64,000 nt of DNA from Tubulanus polymorphus (lineage: Eukaryota > Animalia > Nemertea). The stretch covers positions 11,458,275-11,522,274 of the forward strand of contig NC_134032.1 in the NCBI RefSeq assembly GCF_964204645.1, read 5' to 3'. The notes beneath the pieces are model-generated. The model saw only the letters and a program-made list of their open reading frames with translations, was not told the DNA's origin and made no database searches. A program made the position numbers and the translations under genes. Positions 13,758 through 28,629 of this stretch are shown here, one piece after another (within the stretch, counting starts at the first letter, position 1; each line of letters starts with the position of its first letter).

Positions 13758-14580
13758 CTGTACGAATAACACTGTCAGCGGTTCCCGGTTGTGTATCATG
13801 TTGTTGTTGTTGTACGATCTGTTGAGTTGAATAATCTACGTCATCGTCGCTTCCTGAAGATATTTCAATCGGTTCAATCATAACGCCTACGACTTTTCTG
13901 TTACCTCGGTAACGATGCGATCGTTTGAACGGATGCGTATTGGTATCTGCGGTATTTGTATCAGTTAATTGCTCACTGTATTTTAGTACGACTTTTTCGC
14001 CACCGGTGGCGCCGCTGAACAGTTCTAATCGTTTGAATGACACAGATGAACTTACGATCGATTCTAATTGTTCTAACGCGTTATTGCAGCTGGAGACCGC
14101 CGGGGGCGGGGGTGTCGATAATCCACTTTCACTCGGCTGTTCGATATAAGTCTTGATTCGTCGATGCTTCGTCAACATTTGAATCGTCGGGAATCGTAGA
14201 ATCGTTCGATTCGTCCTCGGCATTTTTAATACTTTCTAAAGTTGATTTGCTTTCGGCGCTCAATAAAATTTCACAACCATTTGAATCTAGAACTGAGAAA
14301 TTGACGGTTTCCGCCGATGCTGAGCTGACCGGAGCTGTTGCCGTCGACGACACAACATTCTCCGATTCATTCAATTGTTGCTGCGATACATCGGTAACCG
14401 ATGGTTTCAAGTCGATTCCTGAGAGTAACGAAATTTTAAATTCACCACCAAGTGGAGCTAATTCAACAGGTGTTGTACCGCTTTGAACTTCAAATTGTCT
14501 TTTTTGTCTGGTTTTTGGTTGATTCGCATCGGGCGTTTCGCTTCCATCTCCGGACATTTGTATTTGTCCATGTCTCTGAC
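13758..14580 (-). pseudogene. Constant module B large exon, internally deleted and frameshifted
   Basis: Acceptor at 14580; donor ACAG|GTAGGT at 13758; ~5-nt deletion near 14150 splits the ORF (14129-14557 / 13750-14223); RGG region missing. Confidence 0.75.
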
Positions 14581-14909
14581 CTGATTACAAAAAATGTATA
14601 TTCACAGGGAATTTACCAATATTTAGACAACTTTAGCCCTTTACTTTTCCTAAAGTCGCTTATCAATGAGTGTTTACACCGGAAGATGTCTTTCCATAAG
14701 TTAATTAGTAAATATAAGATTTAACTAATTTTCAATTGCCTAAGGCTCCTCAAATTAGTATTACCACCAGATGTTGTATTCCAATACCACCTGTACCCCA
14801 TTTTTCTATTTATGAATCAATTTGTTTTTGTTACGAATCCCTTTCATCCTGACTTCTATTTGAAGCCCAAAACCAATGAATTTGAGGTAAGATTTTTTTA
14901 AGGACAAAC

Positions 14910-15057
14910 CTTTAGTTTGACGTCGAGACATCCATCTAAACCAGGTATTATCATCGGCATCAATAACTAATTCATCTAACCAATCCATGTGTCGACGCAG
15001 ACAACTTTTGAAAGCATCGTCACGTACGTGCACCTCGACACCTTCCAACAGCAACAT
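14910..15057 (-). CDS. Constant module B first coding exon (49-aa conserved domain)
   Basis: MLLLEGVEVHVRDDAFKSCLRRHMDWL...RRQTK; 148 nt; donor AAG|GTTTGT. Confidence 0.75.
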
Positions 15058-17157
15058 TTCAACGTCACTTCCCTAGCTCAATCTATCTTCTCGGTTTCAG
15101 AAATTGAAAGTAGGGCACCTAAAAACGTCTGGCATTCACATTTGACTATAGCTAGTTACCTAATCGTTGGTGGTAAGCTTTTAATGTGGTTTGTGAAAAT
15201 ATCCGATCGTGAAACTAAACCACAGACAGGTTACTGACTAATTTAACTACTACCATTGTATCGCCACATCTTTGTTTGTTTGTAGAACAAAATTGTAGAG
15301 TTGAGTAGCAAGTGATGTATTTTGTAGGTAGGGGAAGCCTAAATAAATATGCTATATTTCATTTCATCTCGGTTCATCTCGGCAAAATACGTCATCTCGG
15401 TAATAAGGATGACCCCTGATATGAGCCACAGGGACTTGTCACAGTTGATATTGAATGAATAAAACCAATATCAATGACCAGATCCACTATCCCTGTATAA
15501 TATAAAAATGTTATCTTATTATACAGTTGCAGGAATACTGGTACCCCCATCGGCCCATCATTCGTCTTATCCATATTATCAATATCAATCGTGACAAGTC
15601 CCTGTGATACGAGCCCCTGTGGTTTAAATCAAATTCTTCATACATTAGGTGGGTAAAAGTGCATATCCGCACCTCTACGCGTAAACGGTTCAATCAATTA
15701 CGTTCAATATCATTGTTTCAGATTCAAAATGTCATCAGCAATTCAGTACATTGCCAGGCATTCCTTTACTTTCGCACCGCACTATGTTCCACTCTGTCTA
15801 CGTCCTTCAAACTTATGTCACTGGTGTATTTTTGTATGAGGAATCTTATGGTGAAGTCCGTTTTTTAATATCTCCAACAGAAAATAAAATTCGCTTTTTT
15901 ATAAAAAATTTAGATTTTTAATCGAGGTCGAATCCTAGCCGTGCTCGTGCAGGTCTCAGAAATCACCGGTCCCCAGAATTACGAGCTCAGCGGAGTTGAC
16001 TGTAATGCCAAACCAAACTATCATTATTCCGGATGCTGGAGATGTAATTAGTCGGTTATTCGTTATAGTTTAGCGTTCCAATAAAGGCCCCACACTAAAC
16101 CAGATAGGCCTATCAAACCTGGCCAAAACTACTGAAATTCATTTGTTGTGTTTTTATTGTTTGTGGAATAGCTACAGAATTCTGGTGCATACGATGCTCG
16201 CTTTCCTATATAGAACATACAAAAGTGCCCTTTTTATAATTTAAGAACACCCGTTTCAAAAATCCTGGCTACGGGCTTGTTTATGAAGGGTTAATTAAGA
16301 TTTCAATAGAAAATAATAGTAATAATAAATAGTACTTGAATTCAATTTTCCCACCCTTCAGGACCCAGAATGCCATGGGACAAAGATTAACATTTCTAAT
16401 GAGCAGTTCCAAGATGCATGGAATCGACTTCGGTCGGGCACCGGCGGCGTGCATTATGGGAGGGTATGTGCAGCTGAAAAATAGCGCTATTTTTCAGATT
16501 TCCGCTATGATTATCAGGTTCCCACTGTAGCACGTATTCACTCTTCGTTTAATGAAAAAAGAGAAATACCTTTCGGACCTAAGAAGGACCTTGATTACAG
16601 GACCTTGTGGGTGCTGATTATTTCTACGAGCATGTGCTGCTAGAAGGGTTTTCTAAATCAGGGAAAATCTTCCAGTCCAAAAACAACGAATTGATATCCA
16701 GGGAGGTTAAAAATGGAACTGGTTCCCGATTAATTACGAGATTATTTACAAACGTTTATCACCATTGTTCAAGTAGGTTTTGCTTCCAGACGGGATCCGC
16801 ATGATAACAACGAAAACTAAATTTGATTAAATTAATTCACGATTTTATTTCAAACGAAAAAAATATATCCTTAGAAGTGAATGAAAATACGAAAAAACAC
16901 GGGATAATAATTTTTTAGCAAATGTGAATCGAGTTTTTAGATAGATTTGAATCGAGTGTTGCCGAATCCAGTGATTACTTCATGGTGGTCAGGTCAGGTT
17001 TTTCAGAATGTTGTTTTCAAAATAATGATAGAATAGAATTACGTATTTTCAATGAGGTTACCTCTATTTTAGAGAGTCCATGCTGGAATTAACTATCTTT
17101 AAATAGAATGAATACAACGAGACAAATACAACTGTCTCGTTGTATTTATTCTACACC

Positions 17158-17277
17158 GGGGTCCGGTCCAGTTCCACAGTTCTGATTTAAGATTTCACTC
17201 CGAGTTAGCTCATCGAAAATGAGCTAACTTTAACTCAGAGCTCAATCTCACTCACAATTACAGTGGAACTGGGTCCA
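17158..17277. mobile_element. Short MITE (CCAGTTCCAC...GTGGAACTGG family)
   Basis: Inverted ends; relatives at 18383-18487, 41898-42011, 42690-42800 and 60286-60421. Confidence 0.55.
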
Positions 17278-18988
17278 GCTGGTTAACACGGCTACTCTAC
17301 GAAAGTTTGAGGCCATCATCAAAGTCCAAAGTTGACCTCTTCGATATCTTTTTTTAATCAAAACATATTCTTTTATACAAGAAAATACCCATGTTTTCCG
17401 ACCATGTGAGTTTTCAATTCCACTTTCTGTTTGTATCGTTTGGGGCAGAGATGACAGGCGTACGGGCGCTCGCCAGTATGTACGCGGATGTGAGTTTGAC
17501 AAGCGCTTCTCGATGGGAATCCTTTGTTACATAAGCTACACTTGTAAGGTCTGGGCGGACGCGGATACAGATGCGATAATGTATTATCCCAAATAACTTC
17601 TGGTCTGTTGCCTTCACCTGCAAAATTCCGGAAAAAAATGTTTCAATTCTTTTCATATTTCATCAATGGAAATCCAGTTCGTTCTGTTCATACATATCGA
17701 GTATTGTACCTTCAAAGAAAGTCGGGGAATAAAGTTGCGCACTTACGTAAGAATTTTAAGTTATAGACTCATCAAAACATATATACGTGCAGAAACTATA
17801 TAAGGGGTGGGGGTGGTACCCTCGGGTGCCAACTGAAGCCTGCCTCTTTTCGCCAAAATCCCAGTGTCAAAAATAAGATATGAAATGTTCCTTTGATCCT
17901 CAACCTCAACAACATGAGAGAATCCTCATTCCAGCAGCCAAAAATTAGTAGAACAACCCATCAACAATTTATGATTTTTTCATAGGAAAAATATCTTTAT
18001 TTTCAAATATTACACTAAAATACATGTACAATTCATTTACACGTGTCATTTACAACGAACCACATAAATAGGTATTGATTTCTTAAGTTCCATGATTCCA
18101 AGTGTTAAAAGTCAAAAATATTTGACAATCACTGGCAAAGATTCTGAAACCATTTGAAATCTCACATTAAATCACAGAAACTGGAAAATGATGATAAAGA
18201 ATCGAATGTCTGAAATAGGGGGAGGGTGCAGGTCCAGGTCCAGGCTTAAGAACGATACCTGCATAGGTTTTGTTTCCATTACAACCCTTATAACAAAAGC
18301 GTATGAATGATTCTAACATTTCTTCGCCACAAGGAACATTTACCAATTGATATTCATTAACATGTATGTATAAATCCCATACAGGGATCAGTTGCTCAAA
18401 ATATCATAGTTTCAATGATTTTTTTCATTGTCACTACGTTAACTATCCACTGGTTAAATCTAACCAACTTTTGAGCAATTGGCCCCAGGTTATTACAATT
18501 TTTACGTGAAAATAAACTAATGAAATACATCTATTATCAACTAAATAGCATCAATTCAGGTACGCACATACAAATTAAAGCTTAAAGTAGTTCTAGAATC
18601 TAAAAATGAAATTTATGTCACATCATGGCTAAGGGTTTCTTAAGATGATTGGAAAAAAATAAGCGAAAAAAAACATATTTTTAAAGAGTTAGAGAGCTTT
18701 TTCTACTATAGCCTGAATCAAAACAAGAATGAGAAATGACATACACGAAAACACGTAACAGTTGGAATGAAAAGCCAAAAACCCTTGGGCCATTTATCGA
18801 AGAATCTTCTCGTTTAAGAAAAACTTATCTTAAAAATAATTCTAATCTAAAATCGTTAAATCTAACAGTAGACAAATCTAAAAAATAAATTGCTTGTCAT
18901 TGATTTTTTATAACAAATGTCTGGAATACAACTGGCAAACGTTGGAACATCTTTATAGCTTTAAAGTTCGAGATACAACACGAAGATT

Positions 18989-19278
18989 CTAATCAATCGG
19001 GACGCAACTCGCGATGTTGTGTTTAGCTTTCAGATGTCGATTTAAGCTACCCTTTTGCGAGAACGCAATCTGACAAATCGGGCAGGCGTGAGGCTTCCGT
19101 CCGGTGTGAACATTCAAATGAATCTTCAGAGCAGACGGATTTTGACAATCTTTCAAACAAACTTGACACGTTCGCGACCAATCGTCTTTTTGCGGCGTCG
19201 CTCTCAATTTCGGAGACGCGGCCGTTTTCAAGCCTGCGCTTGTATAGTGAGCTCGTTGCCGCGGGGACCAGTTCACAC
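18989..19278 (-). CDS. Variable terminal exon C-V12 (2 C2H2)
   Basis: GGGTTTTCCAG|GT at 19278, phase 1; CQVC..H..H TGRKP CPIC..H..H, stop. Confidence 0.8.
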
Positions 19279-20161
19279 CTGGAAAACCCGAATAACATGA
19301 ACATTTATTTCGAAAATCATATTTCTATCATGCCATGCTCCATATTTCCATTCGGTTAGGTAAAGTAATTTTGGGAAAACATCTAAAAAGCTTAACCATT
19401 GAAACAGTTTTCACAGTTTTGGTACACCTATCTTAGCTATTTTAGTTGTGGTAGTCAATTCATAATTTGGTATAGAACTAGGTCTCTAGGTACACCTAGC
19501 TCACTTGGAAAGTGGTCTGAAATGTTCAACAATCTGACAATTCCAAAATTGAATGCTCCTGGTGAACACGACTTTGAAACTCGCCAAAATCATAGAACAT
19601 CATTAGCTTCAACTTTGCAATGAAATGTGGTGAAAATATGCATAGATCTCGAATATATATATATTAGGTAAAATGATCATTCAACACCCCCTAGTGAGCA
19701 TATGCAGAAGCCAATAACCGTGAAAACAACTCATACTCTGGGTAATCCAAATGCCATGTTAGATGTGTCCGATGACAGTGCTAACAATATCATCAAATAT
19801 CAAGACTTTAAGGTGGACATTCTTATTTCCAACAGACCCAATTTTTCTTGTGATACTAGGTGGACATATACCGAGCAATTGATGAAAATGTCTCTAAATT
19901 TCCTCCTGCAAAATATGCATAAGTGCATCTCAAAACGTATCAAAAACTTCCCAAGAAAACTAGATTTTCAGACAGGAGCCGCACGATAGACTAAGAGTAA
20001 ACGCAATCGCCTGCTGGGACTGAAGTACTAAGTGGGCTGACCATTTGTCAATTATTTCCAGTAATCTCTTGTTGCTAGAAAGAAAAATCTAGATTCACAT
20101 GAAAGGTGACATAAACCCAAAACGGTAGCTTAGAATCAAAGAACGACAGCAAATGTTCCCT

Positions 20162-20601
20162 CTACTGAATGTTGTGAACTTTTTTCATGTGAATGTTCAA
20201 ATGTCCGGATTGTGTAAAACGTTTTTTGCACACGGTGCAAATGTAAGGTTTTAACCCGATGTGAACGGTTTTCACATGACTGTTTAAATTTCCGAGTTGC
20301 GTAAAACTTCTCTTGCAGACGTTACAAACGTGAGGTTTCAATCCCATGTGAACGGTTTCCAGGTGAACTTTTAAATGTCCGATTCGCTGAAAACCCTTTT
20401 TGCACATGGTACAAACGTGAGGTTTTAAGCCGGCGCGGATGTTCAAATGCACATCATGGTTGAATCTGTCATGAAGAAGCTGCTCCGATTGATAACTTTC
20501 AGCAGATTTTCCAGGAGGTGTAAACTCCTCTGCAGTCGGAGTTGCTCCTATGTCTAAACTGATTTCGTCCTGCTCTTGAAACCGCGGTGACCATTTCACA
20601 C
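20162..20601 (-). CDS. Variable terminal exon C-V11 (3 C2H2 plus a relic finger)
   Basis: GGATTTTCCAG|GT at 20601, phase 1, in frame with ORF 20162-20599. Confidence 0.8.
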
Positions 20602-20929
20602 CTGGAAAATCCGAATTACGTCAAAATTATAGTGAATTGTGTTGATGAATTTATTTTCACTGCGTCACCTTCACCAAAATTCTTATAGTCAGATTTATAA
20701 AGTCATTGAAGTGAACAAATACGTTCGATACTTAGGCTATATGCTGATTTTGGTCTGCATGTTTTTATCAACCTAGATCCCAAAAGATGGTGCCATTAAA
20801 GTATCCGGCCGAGTGACTGAAAGTCCAGTACACTCAAAATCTACTGGAATAATGGAATCAATAGCTAAACTCAAACTTTTGTGATATTGAAACATTGTAT
20901 ACATTGTAAATCCAGGTTGAATTGTTGAA

Positions 20930-21262
20930 CAGGATTCATGTGCGCAATTTAAGGTTAGCTCTCAGATTAAAACATTGCTCGCACATCGGACCTTTAAAAG
21001 GTTTAATGTTTTGATCCTGTGTAATTATTAGCCTGTGATGCCTACAATCAATGGAGACGAAAATGCGTTATCACCAAACCTACATTTATGTTTTCTGCTA
21101 TCACCACCGGTGATGCCGCAAGTCATCAGAGTAGATTATAGGTGTCACCACCAATACTAGGAAATCAACACCTTATATCTGGTCGCTATTCTAAATCGAC
21201 CGTTCCAGATGACTTCGTACAAAAAGCGGCTGTAGTTCAAACAGTATGTCGTATCCAACACC
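20930..21262 (-). pseudogene. Dead variable exon C-V10
   Basis: GGATTCTCTCATG motif kept but acceptor AG lost; degenerate KHKC..KPFK.PMCEQCF coding. Confidence 0.6.
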
Positions 21263-21413
21263 ACAGAGTTACATGAGAGAATCCAGTTTTTTAATCAGTC
21301 AGTACTTTCGAATTTGTTATCCAACGACCAGCGACATTTACGGTAACCAAGATGAAGACACATACTATCACCTAAAAAGGTTGAAGAAATTAATATTCCA
21401 TTCCAGACTTAAA

Positions 21414-21739
21414 TTATGATATTTCCATCTGAAAATGGAATATATTCGGGTCAATATTATGAATGCGTTTCATGTGCTTTACACAGTTTGATTTCAGATT
21501 ACATCGCAGCCCACATATCGGACATTTAAACGGTTTTTCGCCGGTGTGAATTCGTTCGTGTCGCGTCAATTCGGCACGAAAATGAAATCCTTTATCGCAA
21601 AACTGACATTTATGCGTTTTACTATCGCTGCTGTTGGCGCCAGTGGCTAACTTGAATCGACCTTGGCCATCGACCATCCCGGATGGCAGGCGGAGTCCAC
21701 CAGCCAACAGTGGTTCAAATGGTAACTTGTCTCGGAAAC
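21414..21739 (-). CDS. Variable terminal exon C-V9 (2 C2H2)
   Basis: GGATTCTTTGCAG|GT at 21739, phase 1. Confidence 0.85.
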
Positions 21740-22497
21740 CTGCAAAGAATCCAGATTTTACAATTTTCAATATATGATAATGAAATCAAGCAGATGGTTG
21801 TAACCTGTCACTGTCAGTATTCCTGGTGGAGAACATAAAGGAAATTAAAAAAAACACAAAGAAAATCTTCATTTTCAATCTTTTATTCTATGTCTAAAAC
21901 ATGAAAATGAAATTAACACATTGCTACTGACAAAAACAGTAGAGCTTAAATAAAAAATCTTCCTTTGCATTTTACGAATCGAACTACCGAGATTACTCTC
22001 CAACTTTGTACATGCATTTGTTCCAAAATTTAAGATTTAACAAGATCCTGATTTTGATTTGTTTCTTACAATTCAATATCTTCAGAAAATGAAACTACTA
22101 TGAATACAGTACATCGACAAAAAATAACGTTTTAGGAAACTTTTTTCCATCCGATGAACTAACGAACCATTGAAACATCAAAACAAGAAATGTGTTCATG
22201 TTAAAGTTATGATTAAAGTTGTAAAAGTTTCATATACAATAATACAATCATCGTTCCCACTTAAGACATTTGAATGATTTTAGCCCATGTGAAGTTGCAT
22301 TTTGAATGTGCAGATTACAAAAAAAAACAATATTTGCAAAGACTGAACTGATGCTTACGATGCTTATTGTAATCGCCATCTACCTTATCCTGGCCAACTG
22401 ATTTTGCCATCTCTGATGAGTTCTGTCAAATGTCAAAACCAGGATTTCACACACACACACACACACACACACAAGTCCGGTCAGATTTTAGAACTAT

Positions 22498-22808
22498 TTA
22501 TGAATCTTTTAACGTAAACATTTCCGTATCGATATTGTGAATGCGCTGTAAATGTAGTTTACGATTTGATTTCCGATTGAAACGTCGCTCGCACATCGGA
22601 CATTTAAACGGTTGTTCGCCAGTATGTACAAGTATGTGCCGATTCAAATCTCTGGACGACATAAAACGTTTTTCGCAATAACCGCACGGGTGTTTCCGAC
22701 GCTTTTCGTTATCTACGGGTTTTCCCCCCGGGATCGATAGATTCTGCCGATAATTGATCGCATTGTAAGTGTGGTATTCAGGATTCCACGACAGTCCGGA
22801 CCCAACAC
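22498..22808 (-). CDS. Variable terminal exon C-V8 (2 C2H2; not in ORF track)
   Basis: TTCTGATGGCTACTTGCAG|GT; open frame [12 protein letters not shown]...[17 protein letters not shown]...MFTLKDS*. Confidence 0.85.
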
Positions 22809-23496
22809 CTGCAAGTAGCCATCAGAATTCAAATTTTATAATTACATATTACCATATTATGGAGACCGTTGCAGAGCCGTTCATGATCCAAAACTGAACC
22901 AACAACATCACTCTCAAACCTTGAACCTTGTCACAATTTTGCCCATGCCCTCTTGAAAAATAACAGCAATTTTCTCAGGGCAACATTCTTTTCCATTATG
23001 TCACTTTAATATCAGAGTCTAGCTTTTGATTTTAATTACATGTTCATTTAGTCTTATGAATTCTAATATTTCCAAATACTTATGATCATCGAATATATAA
23101 TCTAACGATAAAAGATATCAAAACATCAAATTACACAGTTCAGTTCATCGAATGCTGATATCTTCCTAGTAACAAATGGAGTAAAACATTAGAAAACCAA
23201 TGATGGTCTATTTTAACTTAACAATCTAGAAACTGAATGGTCGAAATTATCTATGCGTTTGATGTGCCATTTACAATTGGCTTCCAGCGGGAAATATTGG
23301 ACAATTAAACAGTTTATAGCCCAAATTGTTTGTGGCAATATAAATGTGTAGATGACAAAATGCCCTTTTTTATCAAAACTGAACTGATGCGTACGGCGCT
23401 TATTGCGGCCAACTGACATATTGCCATCTCTGATGAATTCCGTCCGATGTCAAATCCAGGATTACACACACAAGTCCGGTCATATTTCAGAACTAT

Positions 23497-23807
23497 CTAT
23501 GAATCTTTTAACGTAAACATGTCCATGTTGATATTGTGAATGCGCTGTAAATGTAGTTTCCGACTTGATTTCTGATTGAAACGTTTCTCGCACATCGGAC
23601 ATTTAAACGGTTTTTCGCCGGTGTGAATTCGTTCGTGCCGGTTTAAATCTCTGGATGACAAAAAACGTTTTTCGCAATAGCTGCACAGATGTTTCCGACG
23701 CTTTTCGTCATCTACGGGTTTAGCCCTCGGAGCTGATAAATTCTGCTGATAATTGATCGCGTTGTAAGTGTGGTATTCGGGATTCCACGACAGTCCAGAC
23801 CCAACAC
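23497..23807 (-). CDS. Variable terminal exon C-V7 (2 C2H2; not in ORF track)
   Basis: GGATTCTGATGGCTATTTGCAG|GT; 103 codons including the stop; paralog of C-V8 and D-V15. Confidence 0.85.
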
Positions 23808-24532
23808 CTGCAAATAGCCATCAGAATCCTATTTTATAACCACATATTACTACATTATGGAGACCGTTGCAGAGACCGTTCATGAGTCCAAAACTGAACC
23901 ACCAACATCACTCTCAAACCTTGGACCTTAGGGCCATTTCGGACTTTGACCGAACTCTGGAGAATAACAATATTATTTTCTCATGTCCAACCTTATTCCA
24001 CACTTAATACAATAGCTTCCAGTCCCAGGGGTCGATCCAAGAGCACAAGGAGCATGCATGCGCCTTGTCAGAATTTTCCCCATGCCCTCACGAAAAATAA
24101 CAGCAATTTTTTCAGGGCAACATTATTTCTCATTATGAATGTGTCTGGAAATTGCATTATAAAATTCACTGAAATACAAAGCTTTCCAAACGCCCATTTT
24201 GGCTTTGCTCACTATGCGTAGATAATTAAGCACTTTTTAAGAGTTTGCCCGTTTTAAACTCTGTCGCTGCGGACCATCAGTTTCTCCTCGAAGGACTCGG
24301 TGAAAAATCACAAGACAATCTTAGTTTTCAATTTTACATATATTTATCTAGTCCTTTGAATTCTACTATTTCCAAAGATTTATGACTATCGAATACATTA
24401 TCTTATGACCAAAGATATCAAAACATCAAATTACACAGTTCAGTTCATCTAATTCCAATATATTCCTAGTAACAGTCGACATTGGAACATTATATAACAA
24501 ATGATGGTCCATTCTAACGAACATCCAATCTT

Positions 24533-24985
<453 letters not shown>

Positions 24986-26326
24986 TCAGTGTTCAAACTA
25001 TCAATTATCGGAGTGGAGTCCCCAAAGAACTGCATGAAGAAACTCTGTCCCTGTCTCAGTATTCAAACTATCAATTGTCGGGGTGGAGTCCTCAAAGAAC
25101 TGCATAAAGAGAAACTCTGTCACCGTATCAATATTCAAATCATCAGTTAGTTAACTGTGGTGGAGAGTTCGGAGAAGAATCGCAGAAAGAATCTTCATCA
25201 AATCACGATTCAAAGTAGGTATGACTTGTTGGAGGAGAGCTTTGAGAAAAACAGTATCAAGACCTCATACTTTGTATAAAAATGCTAGAAAAAACAATTT
25301 CGGTTATGAATCTTATATTTATTCATCTATTGTAATATATATCTAAATATCGCTCGAATAACATGAACACAATGCAGTCGATAAATAATTAGAATTTACA
25401 ACATAACTCCCGAACTTTATGAGCGGTTCTAACTTAAATTCAATCTATAAGTAAAAAAAGTCGTACAAAATTCCTCCAAATTCCATTTCACCAAATAAAC
25501 TTAACACTCCTTTCTCGATATTCGAAGAAGCGTTTGAATATGAATTTGTTCAATACTGAATTATAAACGTATTTAATGCGATTTGCAATTTATAGTCAAA
25601 TTAAAGTGGAACCTCGATACAAGGAACTCGGATAGAAATGATTCATCGGATAAAAAAAATATATAGAATTTCGTCCCGAGTAAGAAAATTTAATCAAACA
25701 TCACTCTCAAACCTTGGACCTTAGGGCCATTTCGGACTTTGACAAAACTCTGGAGAAAAACAATATTATTTTCTCATGTCCAACCTTATTCCACACTTAA
25801 ATAGAATAGCTTCCAGTCCCAGGGGTCGATCCAAGAGCACAAGGAGCATGCATGCGCCCTTGTCAGAATTTTCCCTATGCCCTCACGAAAAATAACAGCA
25901 ATTTTTTCAGGGCAACATTATTACTCTTTATGAATGTGTCTGGAAATTGCATCATAAAATTCACTGAAATACAAAGCTTTCCAAATGCCCATTTTGGCTT
26001 TGCTCACTATTTGCGTAGATATTAAAGCACTTTTAAGAGTTTGCCCTTTTTAAACTCTGTCACTGCGGACCATCAGTTTCTCCTCAAAGGACTCTGTGAA
26101 AACACAAGACAATCTTAGTTTTCAATTTTACATATATTTATCTAGTCCTTTGAATTCTAATATTTCCAAAGATTTATGACTATCGAATACATTATCTTAT
26201 GACCAAAGATATCAAAACATCAAATTACACAGTTCAGTTCATCTAACTCCGATATATTCCTAGCAACAGTCGACATTGGAACATTAGATAACAAATGATG
26301 GTCCATTCTAACGAACATCCAATCTT

Positions 26327-26862
26327 CTAGAAACTGAATTTGCTGGGGTCTAAATTATGAATGCGTTTCATGTGTCGTTTACAATTTGCTTTCAGCGGGA
26401 AACGTAGCTCGCACATCGGACATTTAAACGGTTTTTCGCCGGTGTGAATTCGCTCGTGTCGTTTAATGTCTGAGAGAAAAGTAAACCCTCGATCGCAAAA
26501 ACGGCATTTAAACGGTCGTTCATTGGTATGAACCATTTTCATGTGCGATTTACGGTTTGATTTCTGAGTAAAACGTAGCTTGCACATCGGACATTTAAAC
26601 GGTTTTTCGCCGGTGTGAATTCGCTTGTGACGCTTCAATCCGGTCGGATAATTAAACCTTTTACCGCAAAACTGACAACTATGTCTCTTACTTTCACCAC
26701 CGGCAGCAACGACACCAGCCCTGGATCCACAGATGGTGCCACTCGTGCCGGATTCAGCTTTAACCCCTTCATACCCCGTCGCTACATTGAATCGACCTCG
26801 AGTGCTGGTCATCCCCGAGGAGAGAACGCCTCGTCCAACTGACGGCAACTTGTGTCGACGAC
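26327..26862 (-). CDS. Variable terminal exon C-V5 (4 C2H2)
   Basis: GGGTTCTCACGACTCTTTGCAG|GT at 26862, phase 1. Confidence 0.85.
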
Positions 26863-27991
26863 CTGCAAAGAGTCGTGAGAACCCAGATTTTAGAACTCTG
26901 TGTATATATGTATGAATAGATATTCCCAAGGAAAACTGTCACTGTTCTGTCACTGTGTCAGTATTAAAACTATCAATTATCGGAGTGGAGTCCTCAAAGA
27001 ACTGCATTAAGAGAAACTCTGTCACGGTCCCAGTATTCAAACTATCAATTATCGAAGTGGAGTACTCAAAGAACTGCATAAAGAGAAATTCTGTCACCGT
27101 CTCCGTATTCAAATCATCAGTTAGTTAACTGAGGTGGAAAGTTCGGAGAAGAATCGCAGAAAGAATCTCCATCCAATCACGATTCAAAGTAGGTATGACT
27201 TGTCGGAGAGCTTCGAGAAAAACAGTATCCAGACCTCATACTTTGTATAAAAATGCTAGAAAAAACAATTTCGGTTATGAATCTTATATTCATCTAGTCT
27301 AATATAAATCTAAATATCGCTTGAATAACATGAACACAATGCAGCCGATAAATAATTAGAATTTACAACATAACTCCCGAACTCTACGAGCGGTTCTAAC
27401 TTAAATTCAATCTAAAAGTAAAAACAGTCGTACAAAATTCCTCCAAATTCCATTTCACCAAATAAACTTAACACTCCTTTCTCGATATTCAAACAAGCGT
27501 TTAAATATGAATGTGTTCTGTTCTGAATTATAAACGTATTTAATGCGATGTGCAATTCATGGTCAAATTAACCTCGATACAAGGAACTCGGATAGAAATG
27601 ATTCATCGGATAAAACAAATATAGAATTTCGTCCCGAGTAAGAAAATTTAATCAATTTCATACTGGATATAAACGAACTATCGGCGAGAACGAACAGATT
27701 TTCTGGTCCGGTGAAGTTCGTTGTAACGAGATTTAACTGCATAACAAAACCGACATTCAAAAGGATTTTCGTTGTCATGAACCTGTGTGAAATTGAAATT
27801 TATTTTCATTAAAATGTTACATCATTAGACGATATAACTAGTATGATTAAACGAAGAAAAATGTAACAGGATAATGGGGTTTCATGTATTGTTTTAGATA
27901 TATGTCTGTGTAAAACATTGCTCGTGTACATTTAAATGGTTTTTCACAAGTTCGTATACGCTCATGTTCCATATAATATATTCCATATAAT

Positions 27992-28176
27992 ATGTATCAT
28001 TCTACATAATTTGATGTATCATTCTGCATAATTTGATGTATCATTCTACATAATTTGATGTATCATTCTACATAATTTGATGTATCATTCTACATAATTT
28101 GATGTATCATTCTATATAATTTGATGTATCATTCTATATAATTTGATGTATCATTCTATATAATTTGATGTATCAT
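27992..28176. repeat. 22-bp minisatellite ATGTATCATTCTACATAATTTG, ~8 copies
   Basis: Direct tandem repeat. Confidence 0.9.
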
Positions 28177-28258
28177 GTTCCTACCGCAGGAAATAAGTAC
28201 CGGTAAGTAAATAACCACCAATACTTAAGTAAATAACGAATGACAATCCATTTCAAAC

Positions 28259-28629
28259 CTAGAAGTCGAAAGTGTTTGGGTCGAAGTTATGAACGCGTTT
28301 CATGTGGCCTTTACGGTTTGATTTCTGCGTGAAACGTAACTCGCACATCGGACATTTGAACGGTTTTTCGCCGGTGTGCACGCGTTCGTGACGCTTCAAT
28401 TCGGTGGGCGAATTAAACCTTTTGTCGCAAAACTGACATTTATATTTCTTGGGACTGCCGCCGGTGGCGCCATCTGCCAGCAGTTTCGGTTTCGATTCAT
28501 CCGGTTCCATTTTAACCCTTTCGTATCCGGGCGCTACATTGAATCGACCACGAGCGTTGACCTTTGCGCATGGCAGACGGTATCGTCCAACATTCGGCTG
28601 CGGTTCCCATGGCGTCCCGCGTCGGAAAC
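28259..28629 (-). CDS. Variable terminal exon C-V4 (2 C2H2)
   Basis: GGTTCTCGTGGCTCTTTGCAG|GT at 28629, phase 1. Confidence 0.85.
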
